Assembly (NCBI GenBank): GCA_965644495.1
Contig: CBFFSA010000070.1
Span: 1 to 27,674, forward strand
DNA: 27,674 bases
DNA from: Perkinsela sp. CCAP 1560/9
Lineage: Eukaryota; Protista; Euglenozoa: Kinetoplastea
Direction of reading: 5' to 3'
Shown here one piece after another: positions 21,009 to 27,674 of this stretch (positions are counted from its first letter, which is position 1; each line of letters starts with the position of its first letter). Position numbers and translations under genes: made by a program. The notes beneath the pieces were generated by a model. That model ran no database searches, was not told the DNA's origin, and saw only the letters and a program-made list of their open reading frames with translations.

Positions 21009-21348
21009 GCCGGGCGGGCCCCTCAAAAAAAAGATTTCAGAAGCTTGTTTTCTTCAAGATTACCTGCCACGAGGTAAAGCACTCCCCGCGTCAGCGGGTC
21101 TGCACCGCCTCGAAGGGCCCGCCGGGCGGGCCCTTCAAAAAAAAGATTTCAGAAGCTTGTTTCCTTCAAGATTACCTGCCACGAGGTAAAGCACTCCCCG
21201 CGCCAGCGGGTCTGCACCGCCTCGAAGGGCCCGCCGGGCGGGCCCTTCAAAAAAAAGATTTCAGAAGCTTGTTTCCTTCAAGATTACTTGTCACGAGGTA
21301 AAGCACCACCCGCGCCAGCGGGTCTGCACCGCCTCGAACGGCCCGCCG
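21009..21348 (+). repeat. 112-bp tandem repeat x3
   Basis: Units start at 21009, 21121 and 21233 (GCCGGGCGGGCCC...CCTCGAAGGGCCC). Confidence 0.92.
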
Positions 21349-21350
21349 TA

Positions 21351-21558
21351 TAACCCAGATTGAAAGGGGCGAGGGAGATACGAAGCACCAGGCGTGGCAG
21401 ATTCCCACTGAAAAGAAATGGTATCTCCCCGCACGAGAAAAGCCTTTGCGCTTTCTAGCTCGGAGACAAACTTCGTGCGGGGAGATACCATTTCTTTTCA
21501 GTGGGAATCTGCCACGCCTGTTGCTTCGTATCTCCCTCGCCCCTTTCAATCTGGGTTA
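21351..21558. mobile_element. MITE with ~85-bp TIRs and TA TSD (Tc1/mariner-like)
   Basis: TAACCCAGATTGAAAGGGGCGAGGGAGATACG...CCCCGCACGA is near-perfectly inverted and flanked by TA. Confidence 0.85.
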
Positions 21559-21609
21559 TAGTTTCTGCGAACCCTGGTTAAAACGCTTGTTTGGGTTACC
21601 CCCGAGGCC

Positions 21610-21810
21610 CCCAACATGCAGACACCCACCCCCACTCGCACATTGATAAATTTTCTTTTTTAGGCTCTTCGTTAAACGCGGTGGTTGTTTTCAACTTAGA
21701 AGTCACTCATGCTGCGCGCTTCGCGTTGAAAACTACCGCCGCGTTTAACGAAGGGCCTAAAAAAGAAAATTTATCAATGTGCGAGTGGGGGTGGGTGTCT
21801 GCATGTTGGG
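21610..21810. mobile_element. 201-bp foldback/MITE; its core is also present at 2268-2390 and 4540-4662
   Basis: Arms CCCAACATGCAGACACCC...CGTTAAACGCGG with inverted partner. No TSD found. Confidence 0.8.
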
Positions 21811-22655
21811 ATCTTCTGACGCGTCGTTACAGACCACAACAGATCAGCGTAACTATGTGGAAGGAGCACAAAATCAAGGTATCCCGCAAAGCAATATATA
21901 ACTTCTTAGAGTGAGATGAAGCAGCTGGAGGTCACTTGTCGAAACTTTTACGCCGTGGGGGTAGGCGTGGATATAAACGTCGCCGTGGGGTCAATCGTCT
22001 TAAAATTCCTAATAGAGTGGATATTAGTGAACGACCTCAGGTTGTGAATGATCGTCAGCGTTACGGGGACTGGGAGGCAGACCTCATTGAAGGTACCAAG
22101 CAGAGCGGGTATATGCTAAGTCTTATTGAGCGGAAAAGCAGATTCGGTATATTGTTCAAATTATCTTCCAAAAAGTCAGACCACGTTGCGCAATCAATAG
22201 TGGAAGCTCTGCAGGGTTATCAGGTACTGACCATTACATACGATAATGGTACGGAGTTTGCCAAGCACGAAGTGGTGAATGGGACTTATGGCTGCGAGTC
22301 ATTCTTCTGCAAGCCGTATGCCAGTTGGGAAAAGGGGGGGGTCGAAAATTTTAATGGTCGTGTGCGTGTGTTTTTCCCCAAGAAATTTCTCTTCACTGGA
22401 TTGACACAAGAAGTTCGTCAAGTTGCCAAGGAGATTAACAAGCGACCCATGGAAGTGCTGGCAAATGACTCCCCCCTTGATTTAGAGAAGATGATCTTGA
22501 AAGAGTGTCCTTCCGGTCTTCGTCCACTCCTTTTGGTGGACAGCTCCTCAGAGTCTGAGGATTCTACGGAACAATTGAACATCTCTACCCAAGTGTTGGG
22601 TCTTAGCACCGTTGAACTCGCGCAACACATCGCTACAAGTGAATTAGATTACTAA
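21811..22655 (+). pseudogene. IS30-family transposase, 5'-truncated, with one in-frame TGA
   Basis: RPQQIS...VSRKAIYNFLE*D..GG.L, ISERP.VVNDRQRYGDWEADLI, ERKSRF, TITYDNGTEFA, FFCKPYASWEKGGVENFNG, INKRP. TGA at 21912-21914. Confidence 0.88.
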
Positions 22656-23100
22656 TATTTAATTCAAGATTATATGCAATATTTGCGCTCCCTTGCTAGT
22701 TTTATATTTCCAGTTATCATATAATTACTTGTAAGTACATCAGAGAATTTATATTTCCAGTTATCACATAATATTTAATTCAAGATTATATGCAATATTT
22801 GCGCTCCCTTGCTAGTTTTATATTTCCAGTTATCGTATAATTACTTGTAAGTACATCAGAGAATTTATATTTCCAGTTATCATATAATTACTTGTAAGTA
22901 CATCAGAGAATTTATATTTCCAGTTATCATATAATTACTTGTAAGTACATCAGAGAATTAAGAAAAGCACAGTTGGGATTTTATTCACTTCAAGATTATA
23001 TGCAATATGTGCGCTCCCTTTCTAGTTTAATATTTCCAGTTATCATATAATTACTTGTAAGTACATTAGAGAATTGAGAAAAGCACAGGTGGGATTTTAC
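22655..23100 (+). repeat. AT-rich compound tandem repeat (47-bp core TTATATTTCCAGTTATCATATAATTACTTGTAAGTACATCAGAGAAT)
   Basis: Multiple direct copies interleaved with TTCAAGATTATATGCAATATTTGCGCTCCCTT. Confidence 0.88.
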
Positions 23101-23651
23101 TCCCGACAGGTAAACTAGTTCTCGTTGTCGTATGTTTCCGTCGCAGACGGGTAAACAAGATCTGGGTTCATTGGCCCGGCCGGCCCCTCCGTGCGTTCGG
23201 CCTCTCATATTCCCCAAAACAACTACCACCTTCCCCCCCCTATTTACCGGGGCCTCACCTGGAGGAAAGGTGAATTTATTTAATTCCATTTTTTGGCAAT
23301 GTTAAGAACCTAAATTTCTAGTCAACCTCAAATTTCGCGAACACCAACCAAAAATGATCATATTTTTTAAGGGGTCAAAATTTTTTTAAGGGCTCGAAAA
23401 AAATTTAAGGGCTCGATTTTTTTTTCAACTTTTATGCCAGATAAAGGTGCAGAATTTATGCAATATAAAGGTGCAACTTAATATGCCATATAAAGGTGCA
23501 TTATACAAAATAAGGTGAATTATGCAACATAAAGGTGAATTATGCAATATAAAGGTGCAGCTTAGTATGCAATATAAGTGGCCACTTTTTATGCCAGATA
23601 AAGGTGCGCGTGGGAACCAATTCACAGTATTTTGTGACATGATTAGACGGC

Positions 23652-23847
23652 TATGCAATATTCCTATACTTATGCAATATTCCTATACTTATGCAATATT
23701 CCTATACTTATGCAATATTCCTATACTTGTGCAATATTCCTATACTTGTGCAATATTCCTATACTTATGCAATATTCCTATACTTATGCAATATTCCTAT
23801 ACTTATGCAATATTCCTATACTTATGCAATATTCCTATACTTCCACC
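23652..23847 (+). repeat. 19-bp tandem x10 ending in a Merlin-like terminus (..ACTTCCACC)
   Basis: TATGCAATATTCCTATACT x10; same terminal ACTTCCACC as at 25220-25228. Confidence 0.85.
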
Positions 23848-23928
23848 CTAAATAGGGGGGGAAGGTGGTAGTTGTGGGGTATGGAGGCCTCTCGCAACTC
23901 CGGGGCCTCACCAGGTGCAGGACAGAAG

Positions 23929-25228
23929 GGTCAAAGTAAAGGACTTTTGCATAAGTCAAGGACTTTTGCATAAGTCAAGGAATTTTGCAGAAGTCAATTT
24001 TTAGCAGGGGACCCTCTTTATATGAGTTGGTCCATTGCGACTCATGTATAGCACCATCATACAGATCTGTCATTATATTACCGAATTACCCCTTGGTTTG
24101 GGTCCTGGGGAGAATATTTGGAGGCAACAATGTGCATGACATTTCGCCAAAAAAATACTTTTTTCGGCGATGTTGACCTTACGATATCTCTGTACTGTGC
24201 GTAATGTTGAAAAGGAATCACATAGGGCCTTCTTCAGGTCTTAAGCTGTTCGTGTGTACTCACAAAACTTTGAATCAGTGGTTTTCATATAAGGGGTAAC
24301 CCCTTGAAAATCGCAAAAAATGACCATTTTTGGACAATTTCGTGAAAAATGGTCGTTTTACGCCGTTTTCGCCCATTTTACGAGGGTCACCCCTTATGCA
24401 GGCATGCAGATTCTTCAAAAAGTATATTGCCAAAAACTACTTTGCGAGCTACGCTACTATTATAAAATATTTAATATACTCATAAGCTAGCTCACGGACT
24501 GAATGCGGCCTTCTTGATCAGGGATCTCCAAGCAGTGCACTAAGGTATGATACCACGAAGAGCCGTCTCGTCGCACTCTTTTGCTTCGTCCACACCCCAT
24601 GCGTTTAACGCGAGACACACAAGTTTCGTCTTTCTGCATGAACAAAACGGTGCCTTCAGCAGCGTTGAAGCGCATGTCATGAGCGATGCTCACAATAAAT
24701 TCGAACAAATGAAAAAGTTTAAGCACCGTGATCCGGCTCAATGTACATTCACGAAGTACTTGGCGCAATGTCATGCATTCGGTCAGACTGTACAGAACCT
24801 TAAGCGTGTCTTTAATGCTCCTTTTGCTTTGTAGATTGAATAAGGGCTCCATAGAGCTGTATCTCGCGCGACACTCCAGAGAATCCATGTAGGGGCAGTA
24901 CCAATGGGTCCCGTCGTGAATGCATAGGATTTCTTTGTTAGCATGATGTTTGACCTTCTGGCACCACACTTGTTGTGCAACAAGCTTGTGCTTTTTGAGC
25001 CAGCGCGCTAAAATTTCCTCTGAAGAATGGTTTAAGCTTGATAAAGACAACGCTTTTACGCAATCAAAGTCCTCTCAACCCTTGCAAAACCAGTTTACAC
25101 TGTCCGACATAAAAGTGTGATGCTATATTGAAATAATTCTAAGTTTGATATAAAATTTCCTTGCTTTTGCAAAAGTCCTTGACTTATGCAAAAGTCCTTG
25201 ACTTATGCAAAAGTCCTTGACTTCCACC
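23929..25228 (-). mobile_element. Second Merlin-family element, internally deleted
   Basis: TIRs begin GG and are built of 20-bp AAGGACTTTTGCATAAGTC(A) repeats; perfect 9-bp TSD GGACAGAAG (23920-23928, 25229-25237). Confidence 0.85.
24487..25050 (-). pseudogene. Merlin/IS1595-like transposase N-terminal fragment
   Basis: Cys/His-rich N-terminus, then QKDETCVSRVKRMGCGR..RRDGSSW (first catalytic D). The ORF stops before the second D. Confidence 0.65.
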
Positions 25229-25472
25229 GGACAGAAGTGCGAAGGCTTTAATTTCAATGGTTCCTGACTTATGCAATACTCCTTGACTTATGCAATATTC
25301 CTTTACTTTGGCCGCCAAAACTACGAAATTCAGTGAGCTTCGCAAATTGCTTCCCACTAACGACGCACAGGGGAATCCTACGCGGGGTACGGCTTAGGCC
25401 CGCTCACGCGGGCCCTCGCCGTTTCGCGGCCGCGCGCACCCCCCACTCACGCGGGGGCCCCCGCGCGGCCAA

Positions 25473-25643
25473 AATGGGTACTAAAATTTGTTATCAAGGT
25501 AGTTGGGCTTCGCAAATTGCTTCCCACGAATGGGTACTAAAATTTGTTATCAAGGTAGTTGGGCTTCGCAAATTGCTTCCCACGAATGGGTACTAAAATT
25601 TGTTATCAAGGTAGTTGGGCTTCGCAAATTGCTTCCCACGAAT
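25473..25643 (+). repeat. 56-bp tandem repeat x3
   Basis: AATGGGTACTAAAATTTGTTATCAAGGTAGTTGGGCTTCGCAAATTGCTTCCCACG. Confidence 0.92.
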
Positions 25644-25765
25644 CTAGAGAGAAGCAGACGTACAATAATTGCACGATTTTTGCTTCCGTTTGTAAGTCAA
25701 GGACTTTTGTGGAACACCCAAGATTTTTTTTTGATTTTCATTTTCCGTGCGCCAAGCAAGCATGG

Positions 25766-27190
25766 TCCGTGAGCTAGCTTATGAGTATATATAATAGTAG
25801 CGTAGCTCGCAAAGTAGTTTTTGGCAATATACTTTTTGAAGAATCTGCATGCCTGCATAAGGGGTGACCCTCGTAAAATGGGCGAAAACGGCGAAAAACG
25901 ACCATTTTTCACGAAATTGTCCAAAAATGGTCATTTTTTGCGATTTTCAAGGGGTTACCCCTTACATGAAAACCGCTCATTCAAAGTTTTGTGAGTACAC
26001 ACGAACAGCTTAAGACCTGAAGAAGGCCCTATGTGATTCCTTTTCAACATTACGCACAGTACAGAGATATCGTAAGGTCAACATCGCCGAAAAAAGAATT
26101 GTTTTGGCAAAATGTCATGTACATTGTTGCCTCCAAATATTCTCCCCAGGATCCAAACCAGGGGGTAATTCGGTAGTATACTCCCTCTCTCATTAATTTT
26201 TATAAATGGATTTCGAGTTATAAAAATTTAGTTTATGCGGGATCATTAATTTTTATAAATCAGAAATTTATCGAACGCTATTTCTTAATTTTTTTCTAAA
26301 CCAAAGAATTTTTTCTGTTATTCTACTTAAGATGGATTATTTCGTGAACGTGGATGGACGCGCTTCGAAGAAATTTCTTACAGAAAAGCGCAAATGGTTG
26401 ATTTCTACGCTGGAGGCATAGAAAGCATGTAATATCACTTACTTTCTTAAAGAAATGTTTCTTTTATGCGTTTTTAGATGTACCGTCACCCCCCCTCCCT
26501 TGACTTAGCCTGCCAAAAAGTCGAAAAAATAGGAAAAAGCGGATAAGTCGCCCAGCCGACTGCGGGCCTAATTTGTCCGAAGGAGCGTCTTCGTTGCTCG
26601 GTCGCAATCCTATGTCGTAATGCATATTGCACTGCCGGATCCCAGGAGTTCTTCTAGAACTCGCGTTTTCACCAAGTCTTTTCTTCCACGTAAATTCAAC
26701 CAGGACAGGTGGGATCAGTCGGGATCGTAAATCTCTAGTTTCAACCCTCTCAGCTTCAGATATTGGATTCATTCGTGAAAAAATCCTCATGTAGGGAAAA
26801 GACAATCTTTTTGGGGGGATTTTCTTTCTGAGATGAAGATACTGATTTTTGTAAAACGCGATTCACTGAAAAATTCAGCATGGGGAAGCATGGTCGGGAC
26901 CTACTCGCGGTCTTCCCTGGCACTACCATCTTACAGATCGTACTAACGCCGACCTTTTTTTGGAATAGCGGTCATTTATACGGGAGCATTAATTTTTATA
27001 ATTATAATTATAACTCACTTTTTGTTATGATTTATAATTTATAAAAATTAATGAGAGGGGGAGTAATGACAGATCTGTATGATGGTGCTATACATGAGTC
27101 GCAATGGACCAACTCACATAAAGGGGGTCCCTACTAAAAATTGACTTCTGCAAAAGTCCTTGACTTATGCAAAAGTCATTTACTTTGACC
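25766..27190 (+). mobile_element. Inverted partial copy of Merlin 2 (23929-24499), interrupted by an insertion
   Basis: 25766-26180 and 27064-27190 are reverse complements of ~24075-24499 and 23929-24075. Confidence 0.85.
26181..27063. mobile_element. Non-autonomous Tc1/mariner (Stowaway-like) element, 883 bp
   Basis: 27-bp TIR CTCCC(T/C)CTCTCATTAATTTTTATAAAT, TA TSD, and an empty site in the paralog at ~24070-24082. Confidence 0.88.
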
Positions 27191-27372
27191 TGATTTTTCT
27201 TGTAGCAAATAACTTTCTGAGCCACTAGAGAGTGGTTTTTCATCCAGTCCAGACATTGATTCTCACTCCAGGAAGAAATTCTTGTGATCGTAAGTTTCGA
27301 ACGGCATAAGAACCCACCGCACCAGTGCACGTCATTAAAAGGTGAGAAGGGCAATAAGCAACACATGTACAC
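27191..27372 (-). pseudogene. Short Merlin-like transposase N-terminal remnant
   Basis: SENQCLDWMKNHSLVAQKVIC resembles SEEILARWLKKHKLVAQQVWC of 24487-25050; cut by the TIR at 27190. Confidence 0.5.
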
Positions 27373-27674
27373 AACGTATTCCTCACAAAAAATACCAACT
27401 CTCCTTCTTTTTTTAACAAACTAAAATCCTTAAAAACCGTAAAATCACCTAAACAAAACCCCATTCCTCTAGTTTCCCTAGTTCTTGCTCTCTCTTTTTT
27501 TTCTCCTTTTCTTTACCACTACCTCCCAAAAACACAAAACAAAAACGCCAATCCCCCACTTTCATGTCCATTTCACCCGAAACCTCCCCCAACCGCCCCA
27601 ACCCCCCCAACCCCCCACCCCCAACTTCATCCTCTTCGGTAAATCCTTAAACACAACACAGGTACACAATGTAT

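Noticed and set aside
26464-26805. 113-aa ORF in the Stowaway-like element
   Set aside because: No recognisable transposase motif.

Overview
A eukaryotic (probably protist, possibly euglenozoan/kinetoplastid-like) transposon nest with no recognisable housekeeping gene. From left to right: (1) a pogo-type Tc1/mariner element (217-4718) whose transposase has one in-frame TGA and whose right subterminus holds a ~2.6 kb foldback/satellite insertion; (2) a two-ORF PIF/Harbinger element (5022-15995, TGA TSD) whose transposase is split exactly by a Merlin/IS1595-like element, with a duplicated Merlin end bracketing a tail-to-head pair of CRE-clade non-LTR retrotransposons separated by a spliced-leader-like 40-mer; (3) an intact DDE_Tnp_4 transposase with satellites; (4) a zinc-finger/Helitron-like N-terminus joined out of frame to a Ulp1 protease; (5) MITEs and a bacterial-type IS30 transposase pseudogene; (6) a second Merlin family (9-bp TSD) with an inverted partial copy carrying a Stowaway-like insertion. 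Family calls come from motif recognition by eye and no database searches were run.
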